Assembly: GCA_951406725.2 (NCBI GenBank)
Contig: OX597819.1
Coordinates: forward strand, 23,312,001 to 23,376,000
DNA: 64,000 nt
Origin: Octopus vulgaris
Taxonomy: Eukaryota
Direction: 5' to 3'
Shown: piece after piece, positions 27,301 through 39,364 of the stretch
How positions within the stretch are numbered: position 1 is the first letter of the stretch
Layout: the number at the start of each line of letters is the position of its first letter
Position numbers and translations under genes: made by a program
Notes under the pieces: generated by a model
Told to the model about the DNA's origin: nothing
Seen by the model: the letters and a program-made list of their open reading frames with translations, nothing else
Database searches by the model: none

Positions 27301-28233
27301 GTTTTCAATACTGAAATATATTAATGATTTACATTTCCTATATTAACATTCAAAGGGGCCTTCTAATATGTGGTTTTCTACGGATGATAGATGTCATCAT
27401 TTCTTATGAACTCACTGAATTCTACACGAGTCTTCTTTATTTTTAATACTACCTCTCATAGAATGCTGGTTTGTGAAACATTCTAGTATGAGTGTGTAAA
27501 ATGTAATCTTACTTTACACAACACACATAGATGCACTGACACATATTTAAGTGTACAACTACGTTTTTATTGTCACCTTCTATAAGCATGTATCAAGCAT
27601 TCATATATTTGGTTAAAAAATTATAAAAGTCATTAAAAAAAACGAACAACTCCCTTATTAGATTTTCCCAGAATACTCCTTAGAATGAAATTATATTAGG
27701 AATCGTAATTCATTTAAGGATTAAAATAGTACATCATCTCCAAAAAACATGCAACTTGACATCATGATTAGAAGTATTGACAACCACTGAAAATTTCTAT
27801 ATCAAGTGACAGAGAGAAATCAAGATTCCTTATATGCATGTGTTATAACGACAATCCAGACATCTTTGTGTAACGCATCACTCGGGTAACAGGAATAGAA
27901 AAGTATAAATCAATATGTCACGTTCTCACAAACGTGTAGGAAAATATTTATTCAGCAAATTTAAAAGAAAATATGGAGTGAGGCAGTATGAACATTTGAG
28001 TAGAGTAAGGTATTTATTTGAAGCGAAACATGAAGAAGGAACACTCAGCAATGTCTGCCGAATTTTCTGAAAAATAATGAGTCCCTGGTCTCGGCTAGTT
28101 CTCCTTATGTGTCTGACATGAACAGATATATTTGTCTGAGGATAAAGAATACTTGCTGACCAAATAGCACAATAGATAAGAGCTAATTATTCAGACATAA
28201 ACACACAAACATATGTGTATGTGTGTATATATA

Positions 28234-28752
28234 TAAGGGTGTGCAGCTATCAGTGCATTACGGCCGTTTCAAGAGGCTCTATTTAATCGATCAATGCAAA
28301 CATTACATCAATTTGAACTAAACCGCTCTCCTCGGACGCAGACAACCATATAGATTTCCAACATTAAGGATACACTATTATATTTTTTTAGCAAATTTTT
28401 CATCAGTGCTTGAGACTAAAATGATTACATCGTTTCTCTTTGCAATTTTTGTGGCAACATCTCCATCAGTTTCTTCTGCCATTCTATATTAAAATAGGCT
28501 TTAAGTATTTTTCCCTGAATTGATTCTACAATAAAGATAGCAAAGAGAAGAAGAGTAATTATTTTAGTCTCTAGTACTGATGAAAAATTTGCTTAAAAAA
28601 TCATAATGGTGTATTCTGTACGTTGGAAATCTAAATGGTCGTCTGCAACCAAGGAGGGCGGTTTATTTCAATTTGATGTAACGTTTCCATTGATTGATTA
28701 AATGGAGCCGCTTGAAACGGCTGTAATGCACTGATACCTGGACATCCTTGTT
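28234..28752. mobile_element. MITE with ~195-bp terminal inverted repeats (Tc1/mariner-like ends)
   Basis: agggtgtgcagctatcagtgcattacggccgtttcaag... is mirrored by ...cttgaaacggctgtaatgcactgatacctggacatcct. No ORF. Confidence 0.85.
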
Positions 28753-28913
28753 ACTTATGTGCTTTCTGTTCACCTAACTTCGAGCTGTGGGGACCATACC
28801 GGACTGGTTTCGTGCCTCAGCTTAAGTACTTAATTCAATTGAATCTTAATCATTTATGTGTGCGTGTGCGTGTGTATGTGTGTGTATGTGCGCGCGCGTG
28901 TGTGTGTATGTGT

Positions 28914-29193
28914 TATAATTTAGAACAGACGGTAAGTTGTCATTATAGTACTCGGAGTCTCGAATGTCGGAGCGAAGAGCTATGATGCATACTTTCTCGT
29001 CGGCTATTAATGGCAACAGACGCTATAAAAACCTTGAATGAAAGGGAAGTTACTCGAAAAAGAAGAAAAAAGGGAAAACATTTAAAAAAATACATTTGCC
29101 ATTAATAGCTGACAAGAAAGGATCGTAGCTCTTCGCACCAACATTCGAAACTCCAAGTACTATAATGACAACTTACTGTTTGTTCTAAATTAT
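28914..29193. repeat. Inverted repeat (~100-bp arms), each arm with a hammerhead motif (28945-29007 minus, 29105-29163 plus)
   Basis: Consensus of the two arms: AUAG-CUGACGA-GAA...UUC-GAAA-CUC(c)GAG-UA/-CUAU. Each arm has different point mutations. Confidence 0.78.
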
Positions 29194-29281
29194 ACATATA
29201 TATAAATAATCCTCTATTTATCTAACATCGAGGCCTCATTCTTTTGTTGTCTTTTTTATTATTATTATTATTATTATTATT

Positions 29282-29711
29282 GAGTGAGCGAGCAGAGCAT
29301 GCCATCAAAGTGACACTGGGGTAAAATATACGAAGCCCAGTATACCCATCATGACTACCCGTCTGATAAGGGTACACCAGGCACATGCATCACAACCATA
29401 TGTGCGCGACATGGTGATCTCATATCAAGATAAACAGCACATGACCTTGCAGGTGGAGCCCAGTTAGAATTTTTTTCATATCGAGTAACCCATCCCGCTC
29501 AAAAGGTCCCTGAATAAGGGTTGTTTAAGGACGTTGAACGAAACACCCATGTTTCCAGAGGTGAATTATTCAAACCCCAAAGAATCCTTCTCAACACATG
29601 GCTATGATGCTCCCCCACTACTTCTGCTCGTGATCAGAGATGCACATATCGTCAGCCACTAAGGGACATGCTCAACTGGTTAAGGTCAAACAACTGACAA
29701 GCAAATCTGTG

Positions 29712-29713
<2 letters not shown>
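29282..29713 (+). mobile_element. Interspersed element embedded in (ATT)n
   Basis: Further copies at 60703-61053 (reverse, in (AAT)n) and 40735-40897 (partial). Confidence 0.8.
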
Positions 29714-29802
<89 letters not shown>

Positions 29803-29807
29803 TATTA

Positions 29808-29850
<43 letters not shown>

Positions 29851-29891
29851 CATTATTATTATTATTACTATTACTATCATTATTATTATCA

Positions 29892-29922
<31 letters not shown>

Positions 29923-29927
29923 TACTA

Positions 29928-30002
<75 letters not shown>
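29714..30002. repeat. (ATT)n microsatellite
   Basis: Seen directly. Confidence 0.98.
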
Positions 30003-30003
<1 letters not shown>

Positions 30004-30006
<3 letters not shown>

Positions 30007-30302
30007 CATGCAGACATGACAGAAGTAAACAGACAATCATTAAAATTTATTGAAATCTGAAATTATGCATTCAAATTATTCATCAATTATTATGATGTGA
30101 ATATTTAATATTTAGTAGACATATTTAGTAGACATAGGCGCAGGAGTGGCTGTGTGGTAAGTAGCTTGCTAACCAACCACATGGTTCTGGGGTTCAGTCC
30201 CACTGCGTGACATATTGGGCAAGTGTCTTCTGCTATAGCCCCGGGCCGACCAGTGCCTTGTGAGTGGATTTGGTAGACGGAAACTGAAAGAAGCCTGTCG
30301 TA

Positions 30303-30353
<51 letters not shown>

Positions 30354-31417
30354 TTGTGTGTCTGTGTTTGTCCCCCTAGCATTGCTTGACAACCGATGCT
30401 GGTGTGTTTACGTCCCCGTCACTTAGCGGTTCGGCAAAAGAGACCGATAGAATAAGTACTGTGCTTACAAAGAATAAGTCCCGGGGTCGATTTGCTCGAC
30501 TAAAGGCGGTGCTCCAGCATGGCCGCAGTCAAATGACTGAAACAAGTAAAAGAGTAAAAGAGTATACCCTTTGCATTTTTCAATGCAATATTAGGCATGT
30601 TACTGATCAGATGACGAATATTCTCTTGTAGAATTTTTTGCCAAGTTTCATGCAGTAATCTCAAAAGATATGGCTTTGAAGAAGCTTTCTTCTTTTTACG
30701 AAGTGTCCTGCCCATTATGTCCCAGAGGTGTTCAATAGGGTTCCTGTCAGGTGACTGGCTTGGCCATGGAAGCTTTTTTAATAGGAGTCCCATCTTCCAC
30801 AAATAAAGAGTTTTCTTTAATCATTTAACCACTGGAGAATATGACAGTCCCCCCCCCAAAATTCTAGTGGCTTCTCCTCCATCTCACTGCTCCAATCCTT
30901 TCTCCGCTTGATACTGGCTGGTTGAAGAAGTGGCTTCTTTTCGATGCTCTGTCATAGTAGCCAAGTTTGTGAAGATACCTAACAGCTGTTCTGGGTCTGA
31001 CACCAACTCTTTGTGCTATGCCAGAAGCCTTGCAACGAGGATTATCCTCCACACTTCTCTTAACAAAGAGAAGGGTCCTATCAGAGGACTCTGGCTGATG
31101 TTGGCGAGGTGATGGGGACTCCTTCCTCTCTCTGGTGAATTGCACAGTTACTCTATTAACTGTAGGAAGCAGGATTCCAAGGTTTTCTGCGATTTGTCGC
31201 TGACTATGTCCACCTTTAGAATGAACCACAATACGGCTTCTTTGAAATTCTGACAGTTCCAAGGCTTCTTTTGTAGATGGTATGATAAAACAGTCACATA
31301 TAGAACCTAAAATTTGAAAATGTTAATTAATAAAAAAGATATAAACCATTACAAGTTAAAAGAAATATAAAACGATATTGTATGGGGTATCTATTTACTT
31401 TCGTCATGTGTGTGTGT
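30004..31417 (-). mobile_element. Internally deleted Tc1-like transposon, interrupted by SINE B
   Basis: HTH ELSEFQRSRIV..GHSQRQIA; WPSQSPDRNPIEHLW; C-terminus NAKG/MSTKY* split by the SINE. Degenerate TIRs acatgacagaagtaaacaga / tctatttactttcgtcatgt. Confidence 0.85.
30136..30564 (+). mobile_element. SINE family B, full length
   Basis: tRNA-like head, CORE-like ttgggcaagtgtctt, internal (TA)n, tail (gtaaaaga)n. Confidence 0.92.
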
Positions 31418-31436
31418 ATGTGTTTGTGTGTATATG

Positions 31437-32735
31437 TCATCAGTGCGAGATAAAAGTCTTGACAGAAGGATGTATTCTGCCTTTTCCCAAAAAGGGGGAT
31501 CTGGGCCTTGCAATAAAAGACAGAGGATTACATTAACACCAATTGTAGCGTAGATTTACAATGCATTGCTACTCAATCGGATCCAACGTCAAATAGAAAG
31601 AGTTCTTGGGAAAAATCAAAATAGATTCAGGAAGAGCCACTCTACATCTGGTGAAATTGTCGCAGTTATGAGGTTGTTAGGAGTACGAGCCAAATTCTTT
31701 AAAGCAGTTATACTCTTTGTTGATTTTTCGAACGCCTTTGATTTTGTGCACAGAGATGAGATGGCGGAAACCTTTAGCGAATATGGAATCCCTGGTGAAA
31801 CAATAAAGGCAGATAGAGATACTGACTTCTTCGATATTCGTGCAGGTGTACCACAGGGTGATACACTAGCTCTTTGCTTGTTCATCCTGTATCTCGATTA
31901 AGTATTGCGTACCTCAATAGATCAACACAATGATCTAAGTTTCACTTAGATCTAAGTTTCACTTAGTCAAGAAGCAGAAAATATCCGGCCACCTACTTGC
32001 AGGACTTCGATTAGGCCCTATGACATAGCACTCTTCGCAGACAACACAAAAGATGTTGAACGTTTACTCCATCTCCTGGAAAATACTGCAGCTAACATAG
32101 GACTATATGTAAATGAAAAGAAGACAGAGTTTATCACCCTGGACACAACATGCGAAATCAGAACCATCAAAGAGAAGCCCTTGAAAAATGTCAATGAGTT
32201 TACTTACCTAGGCCGCAATATCGCGTTTCTAAGGCTTGTGCAGCTATAGATGGTCTTAGAACAGTATGGAAATCAACTCTACCAGATAAATTGAAGATAC
32301 GGTTCTTCAGAGCAGTTGTTGAGTCTATGCTTGTATATGGATCTCCGACTTGGACTCACCAAGAGATTCAAGTGCATGCTGGACGGTACCTACACCAGAA
32401 TGTTACGTGCAGCCCTCAATATCTCTTGGGGGGAACACGCAACAAAACAACGGTTATATGGGAATGTACCAACTTTCTCATCGACCATCCAAGAGCGGAG
32501 ATTGAGGTTTGCTAACCACTGCAGGAGAAGTAAAGAACTTGTGAGTGATGTGTTACTGTGGACACCAAATCATGGTGCCACAGCGGCTGGAAAACCACGG
32601 ACCACGTATATACAACAGCTTGCAGAAGATGTTGGATACCAAGTTGAAGACCTAAAAACACTAATAGAAGATCGATCAGGAGGGATGGGGTGAGGTGGTC
32701 ATGCTGACCCCGGCAATCAGTCTGACTGGATGATG
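31437..32735 (+). mobile_element. Decayed RTE-clade LINE reverse transcriptase
   Basis: PKKGDL, FVDFSNAFD, GVPQGDTLA, FTYLG, RRLRFANHCRR, GKPRTTYI. Many stops and frameshifts. Confidence 0.9.
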
Positions 32736-33019
32736 TCTCGATATAGAAATATATGTGTGTATGTGTATATATGTGTGTATGTTCGTGTCTGTATTCGTCC
32801 CCTCACCGCAGTTTGAAAACCGGTAACTTAGCGGTTCGGCTTGAGAGACCGACTGAATAAGTACCAGGCTTACGAAAAGTAGGTATTGGGGTCGACTAAA
32901 AATTCGACTAAAACATTGATTTTCTGTTAGAACAAAGTATACTACCATTACAGGTTCTCCCCTGATAACTACCGCAGTATAGTTTGTTCTAACAGAACAT
33001 CCACGTTGAAGTGGGCATA

Positions 33020-33360
33020 TAGGCATGACTGTGTGGTAAGAAGCTTGCTTCCTAACGACATGGTTCTGAATTCAGTCCCACTGCGTGGTACCTTGGTCAA
33101 GTGTCTTCTACTATAGCCTTGGGCCGACCAAAGCCTTCTGAGTGGATTTGGAATAGAGAAACTGAAGGCAAGTCGTGTGTGTGAGTGTGTATGTGTATTT
33201 CTGTGTTTTTGTGTCTGTGTTTGTCCCACACTATCTCTTCACAACCGGTGTTAGCGTATTTATATCCCCGTAACTTAGCGGTATGGCAAAAGAAAGCAAT
33301 TGAATATGCATCAGGCTTAAAACATAAAGTATAGGGATTGATTCATTTGATTAAAATTTC
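33020..33360 (+). mobile_element. SINE family B, diverged
   Basis: Head and body similar to the other copies. Confidence 0.8.
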
Positions 33361-33449
33361 TCCAATGCAAAGCTTGAACACTCTGTTCGTCCGTTGTAGT
33401 TTTTTCTTTCTTTTAATATTACACTTTTTTTATATTTTACCCCTTTTAG

Positions 33450-34900
33450 GCTATTTGCTTGCAAAGCAAAGCATAGCTTCTGTCTATTGTAGCTGCATTT
33501 GTTGTTATCTATAGTGCACGACTTTCCAAGTATATCATTGTTTAGGACCTAAGTAGCTTATATTTGCATCTTTTGCAGCTGTACCTAACTTTTGCGTTGT
33601 TCCCATTGAATATCTTGTGATATCTATGTACGTCGAGGATAAATTGGCTGATTAAAGATAGAAAGTAGCAGGTAATGGTCCTTCTTTATAATGTTGTTTG
33701 TTACAGTATTATGGATATAGTAAATTGCATTAAGATCTTTCTCTTATTCTCTCTCTCTTACTCAGTTATGTTTAAATGTTGTGAGGTCTTTAAGATTTAC
33801 CTCTTTGTATAACGGTTTCTAACTCACTTCAGGCAGAGTTGTAGCTTTTGTTCTCTCCAACGTTTATACAAGTTCTACGAAAAATATCTGTGTATATCAT
33901 TTGATTATCGTTCGGCCAGTATTCTAGCTATGACCAACCCATTCTCCTTTCTAACTCATAATATTCAGCATTATTCTATCGCCTATATTTAGATATTTAA
34001 AGACAGCAGACTAGCAATTCTTGTAGGTTTAGCTACAATTATTTGCAATTGTATAGACTCTTCCTTGCCAGTTTATCTAATGATTGTATATGGTAGGTAG
34101 TAAATTATTTTTCAAGTGCTTTTAATACGATAGGCTTTTAATCGATGGATAGAATTCTACAATGTTGAGCTGTGTGAATTTATGCAACACTTTCGTTGTT
34201 ATTAATTAACTGATGACGAATCTACTCTTGTGCCATTGTATTAATTTTGACACTTTCCTCATTTCAGAGTTAATATATCTATGGTTATTTGCATACTACC
34301 TTTAATCTACCTTTCACTGATTCCATTAATCTGCAATTGTAGTTTTACCAACGACTTTGTTTATGAACTGTTTTGTTTTAGTTTTAGTTTTTGGGAGATT
34401 TTTTTGTGGGGAGGGGGTTGTTTTGTCTTGCTTAGGTATTCGATTCAATAAACTTATTGCTAAATCCTGTATTCTCTGTTAACAGTATTGAATAATCTGA
34501 GGCTCTTCGTGACTACCTTTGTCGGCTGCATGCAGATTTTTTACCTGCGGATATGAAGGAGCTTTTCACTGACATGCCACTTTTGTAGTGATTGGATATT
34601 TGAGTGTAGTTTCTTTTGGAAGCTGTTACTATATTGACTTAATCTTTGTTTTTTTTTATATGTTACCTGTAAGGTTTGTTTCAAATTTTTCTATATTTTT
34701 AACTAATGTTGTACAATTACGTATTTTGAAGCCAAACGTCTTCTTGCGAATATATTGTAGATCTTTTAGTGATCGTAAACGTCTAGTTACATTTCCGACA
34801 TTTTAGATTAGACATTACAAGCGATGCTTCACGTTGGCATAGGAAAATTTCAATTGAATATCCAAGTATTTACTGTTCCCTGCTCCGTTTGCTCCTCAAA
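33450..34900 (-). mobile_element. Heavily decayed Penelope-like reverse transcriptase
   Basis: Minus-strand remnants KKTFGFK, IEKFETNL, SFQKKLHSNI, INSEMRKVSKLIQWHKS and KFTQLNIVEFYPSI (compare PLE F.QFDI.EFYPSI). Best supported over about 34130-34790. Confidence 0.72.
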
Positions 34901-35707
34901 TCGTAAAATGCGCTTTACCTTGCACGAATTGTTTATATTTTCAATAATTATAGTTTATTCATTAAAATGGAAGAGAACAATTATATATAAACATTACAGC
35001 CACCCACTTTGAATAATAAAGAATCTAGTTAACGAAATAAACCGGAGAATGTCCGCAAAATCGCCCAATAAGATAACACTTCATTAATATCATATATACT
35101 TACCTTTTATTTTTTATTTGTTTCTGTCATTGGATTTGCGGCCGTGCTGGGGCACTTGCATGAAAAATTCTACTCATGTACTTATTTTTTAAGTCTGGTA
35201 GTTCTTCTATCGGTCTCCTGCAAACTGTTAAATTTTGGTTGCCAAACGGTGGAGGAACAAACACGGACACACTCACAAACGACGAGGTTCCTCACGGTCT
35301 CAGTCAAACAGTTTTAATTGGATCGCGGCCTTAGTAGAAGACATTTACCCAAGATGCTGCGCAGTAATTGTTTTGCCGCATACATTGCAGTTTTATCACA
35401 GCTCATCTACATCTATTTTGATGCATCTTCATAGAACTTTTCTTGAATGGGTTTACAATAGGGGCACCAGTTCCATCATATCACGTATTCTGACCTCCAG
35501 GATACTGTCAAATTCGTAGAATTAAGAAGATATTTGCTTTCGTATCTGGACTAGGCAGGTTCTGTATCAATCACTTTATACACGCCCAGCAAAATCGTTT
35601 TATTAGGCAGTCAGACCTCATTCTCTGTTGCTTCAAAACTAAGTGCCACTGCTTGTGTTCTAGAGTACATGTTGTTGTTCTTCTTCTTCTGCCTCTACTA
35701 CTACTAC

Positions 35708-35769
<62 letters not shown>

Positions 35770-36460
35770 CTACATCTTCTTCTTGTATAGCTTATAATCA
35801 AAGATATTTCAATCGCAAACGATCCGTCTTTTTTAAGGACGTCTTTGTATTATCTAATGTGTCTTTATTTGAGACGTTGACTCTCGATTTGAAGGAGTCA
35901 TATTGTAATTCTTCAGATTTCAAGTATGCCGCATTAGCTTGTAATCTAGATAACCAGTAGTCATTTAAAGAGAGCCTTGTGTTCAGCAGTAAGCTACTCA
36001 GAACTGCAATATTTACTGGACCTAATACAATTATAAGTCTCTTCGAAACTGATTTTGCAGTATGAGCTTCACAAATACTTACATATAGAGTGAAATGGAG
36101 TTGTGTTTGGCAAGTAGTTTATGTTTCAAATGGTTAGTGTTTATAATTTGTTATTAGAATTTTGATAGAGAATATCGGCAAAAATTCTCATAGACTTAAG
36201 AGACTTAACAAGGATTTCTTGGGTGAAATATATCGTTGCATAAGAATTAGCATAAGAATTTTAGTACTACCGGTAGTTGACAGAAGAACGTACTTCGGCG
36301 ATTTGGCTAATCGTCTTAATTGTATAGGATTATCTAAAGTAGTGTGAGTGTGTTTCACAAACAAACGTAAAACTGAGATATTTTATTGTAGGTAAAATAA
36401 AGACACTTCTGCATTTCTAAAATGTATTGCTTTTACGTAGGAAGAATAGGAAGAAATTAA

Positions 36461-36692
36461 AGGCGGCGAGCTGGTAGAAACGTTAGCACGCCGGGCGAAA
36501 TTCGTAGTCGTATTTCGTCTGTCGTTACGTTCCGAGTTCAAATTCCGCCGAGGTCGACTTTGCCTTTCATCCTTTCGGGGTCGATAAATTAAGTACCAGT
36601 TACGCACTGGGGTCGATGTAGTCGACTTAATCCCTTTGTCTGTCCTTGTTTGTCCCCTCTGTGTTTAGCCCCTTGTGGGTAGTAAAGAAATA
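36461..36692 (+). mobile_element. SINE family A monomer
   Basis: Full head and body. Confidence 0.92.
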
Positions 36693-36962
36693 TATATAGG
36701 AAGAATATTTCTTTCGGGCTATGGGATTTATTTTAGTGCTCTGCGCCACTAACTCCGTATATATCACTGGTTCGGTAAATTGCCTTGCTACAATATTTGG
36801 CAACTCCAAAAAATTTAAACAAGAAATTACAGTAAAACTCCTTTAAATCGAACGCCATTGTCAAAACTATAGAAAAGACAGTTTAGATAATATAAAGAGG
36901 TACCCCTAAAACGATGAAGTGGTTACGAATGAAATGCTTTTCACTATAGATTGTACAACATG

Positions 36963-38038
36963 TACGAGGGCGGGTTGAAAAGTTCCTGGCTTTGGATAAA
37001 AGAAAATAAAAGAGAATCAGTTAATCATGATTTTATTCAACATAAAGTGGAGGCGCAATGGCCCAGTGGTTAGGGCAGCGGACTCGCGGTCATAGGATCG
37101 CGGTTTCGATTCCCAGACCGGGCGTTGTGAGTGTTTATTGAGCGAAAACATCTAAAGCTCTACGAGGGTCCGGCAGGGATGGTGGTGATCCCTGCTGTGC
37201 TCTTTCACCACAACTTTCTCTCACTCTTACTTCCTGTTTCTGTTGTACCTGTATTTCAAAGGGTCGGCCTTGTCACTCTCTGTGTCACGGTGAATATCCC
37301 CGAGAACTACGTTAAGGGTACACGTGTCTGTGGAGTGCTCAGCCACTTACACGTTAATTTCACGAGCAGGCTGTTCCGTTGATTCGGATCAACCGGAACC
37401 CTCGTCGTCGTAACCGACGGAGTGCTTCCATCCCATTCAACATAGGCGTAGGAGTGGCTCTGTGGTATGTAGCTTGCTTACCAGCAACATGGTTCCGGGT
37501 TCAGTCGAACTGCGTGGCACCTTGGGTAACTGTCTTCTACTATAGCCTCGGGCAGACCAAATCCTTGTGAGTAGATTTGGTAGACGGAAATGAAAGAAGC
37601 CCGTCGTATATATATATAACTGTGTGTGTGTGTGTGTGTGTATGTGTGTGTATGTATATGTATGTATGTATGTGTGTATACGTTTGTGTGTCTGTGTTTG
37701 CCCCCCCCCCCAACATCGCTTGACAACCGATGCTGGTGTGTTTACGTGCCCGTAACTTAGCAGTTCGACAAAAGAGATCGATAGAATAAGTACTAGGCTT
37801 GCAAAGAATAAGCCCTGGGGTCGATTTGTTCGACTAAAGGCAGTGCTCCAGCATGGCCGCAGTCAAATGACTGAAACAAGTAAAAGGAAGACAAGAATAT
37901 TCCCCTCTCAGATTCACACACTTATTACAGCAGTTAATCAGTTTTTCTAAGCCCTGGAAAAGAACTCGGAAGGTTGGATCGCCAAGCAGGCCTTTCGCGA
38001 CACCCTTAAAGTCAGGAAATTTTCAGCGCTTCCTTATA
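36963..38038. mobile_element. Mariner-type MITE with two nested SINEs
   Basis: TIRs tacgagggcgggttgaaaagttcctggcttt / aaagtcaggaaattttcagcgcttccttata. SINE C at 37045-37434 (TSD attcaacata) and SINE B at 37445-37897. Confidence 0.85.
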
Positions 38039-38261
38039 CTCTAGACCACATATAGACGAACTTGGTATTGGTATAACCGGATTTCGGCAGCAGAGAGTGA
38101 GTTCCCACTGCACTATAAAACGACTGTATATGGCGCGTGTAAATTGGTTCCTTCTGGAAAGTTCACTTCCGTTCGTCCCCTTGAGACATTGTTGCCACAA
38201 ATCTATCAAGGATGTGAAAGTGAGTGTTTATCTAAGGATCCTTCTACCTGTTGTCTCCTTT

Positions 38262-38615
38262 TTCTTCTTCTTCTTCTTCTTCTTCTTCTTCTTCTTCTTC
38301 TTCTTCTTCTTCTTCTTCTTCTTCTTCTTCTTCTTCTTCCTCCTCCTCCTCCTCCAATCAGGACTCACGCCATTAGCCACAAAGAATAATCTCTATATGG
38401 TTACCACAATGGTAACCCTATAGAGCCTGTTCTCCTTCTTCTCCTTCTTCTCCTTCTTCTTCTTCTTCTCCTTCTTCTCCTTCTTCTCCTTCTTCTTCTT
38501 CTTCTTCTTCTCCTTCTTCTCCTTCTTCTCCTTCTTCTTCTTATTATTATTATTATTCTCCTCTCCTTCTTCTCCTTCTTCTTCTTCTTCTTCTTCTTCT
38601 TCTTCTTCTTCTTCT
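38262..38615. repeat. (CTT)n/(CTC)n microsatellites
   Basis: Seen directly. Confidence 0.95.
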
Positions 38616-38944
38616 TTTTCTGCTACACATTCATTAGCCATGTATGTCTATGTATAAAAAGCAAGCTGCTTCACATTCTAGCAAATTCTCCATTCTTCTT
38701 CTGCTAAACCATGTCTTGCAAGCAAATTTTAGTTTTCGGGTACTTTTACTCCTTCATAAAAAGAGAAAACCACAATCACGTCGTACTAAACTTAAAAACC
38801 CCAAATTCCAATATTTCCTGTCAGCAACATCTAATATTAAGGATTGTATTTACAACAGGAACACTCTAATTCCACTAGTTTCTTTTGGGAGTCTTACCAT
38901 AGCAAAAACTGCTTTAAACATAAACTTTTACTACACTGCCAAAT

Positions 38945-39364
38945 TATTTTTTATTTCTTTACTACCCACAAGGGGCTAAACATAGAGGGAACAAACAAGG
39001 ACAGACAAAGTGATTAAGTCGATTACCTCGACCCCAGTGCGTAACTGGTACTTAATTTATCGACCCCGAAAGGATGAAAGGCAAAGTCTACCTCGACGGA
39101 ATTCGAACTCAGAACGTAACGGCAGACAATATACTTATTTCTTTATTACCCACAAGGGGCTAAACATAGAGGGGACAAACAAGGACAGACAAAGGGATTA
39201 AGTCGATTACCTCGACCCCAGTGCGTAACTGGTACTTAATTTATCGACCCCGAAAGGATGAAAGGCAAAGTCTACCTCGACGGAATTTGAACTCAGAACG
39301 TAACGGCAGACAATATACTGCTAAGCATTTCGTCCGGCGTGCTAACGATTCTGCCAGCTCGCCA
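38945..39364 (-). mobile_element. SINE family A dimer
   Basis: Two near-identical units behind one head. Confidence 0.92.

Noticed and set aside
28577-28600. CTGATGA in the MITE arms
   Set aside because: No stem II-GAAA-UH arrangement follows.
29640-30053. Poly-Leu, poly-Asn and poly-Ile ORFs
   Set aside because: (ATT)n microsatellite.
37049-37122. tRNA-like sequence
   Set aside because: SINE head with A and B boxes and a SINE body. The cloverleaf is incomplete.
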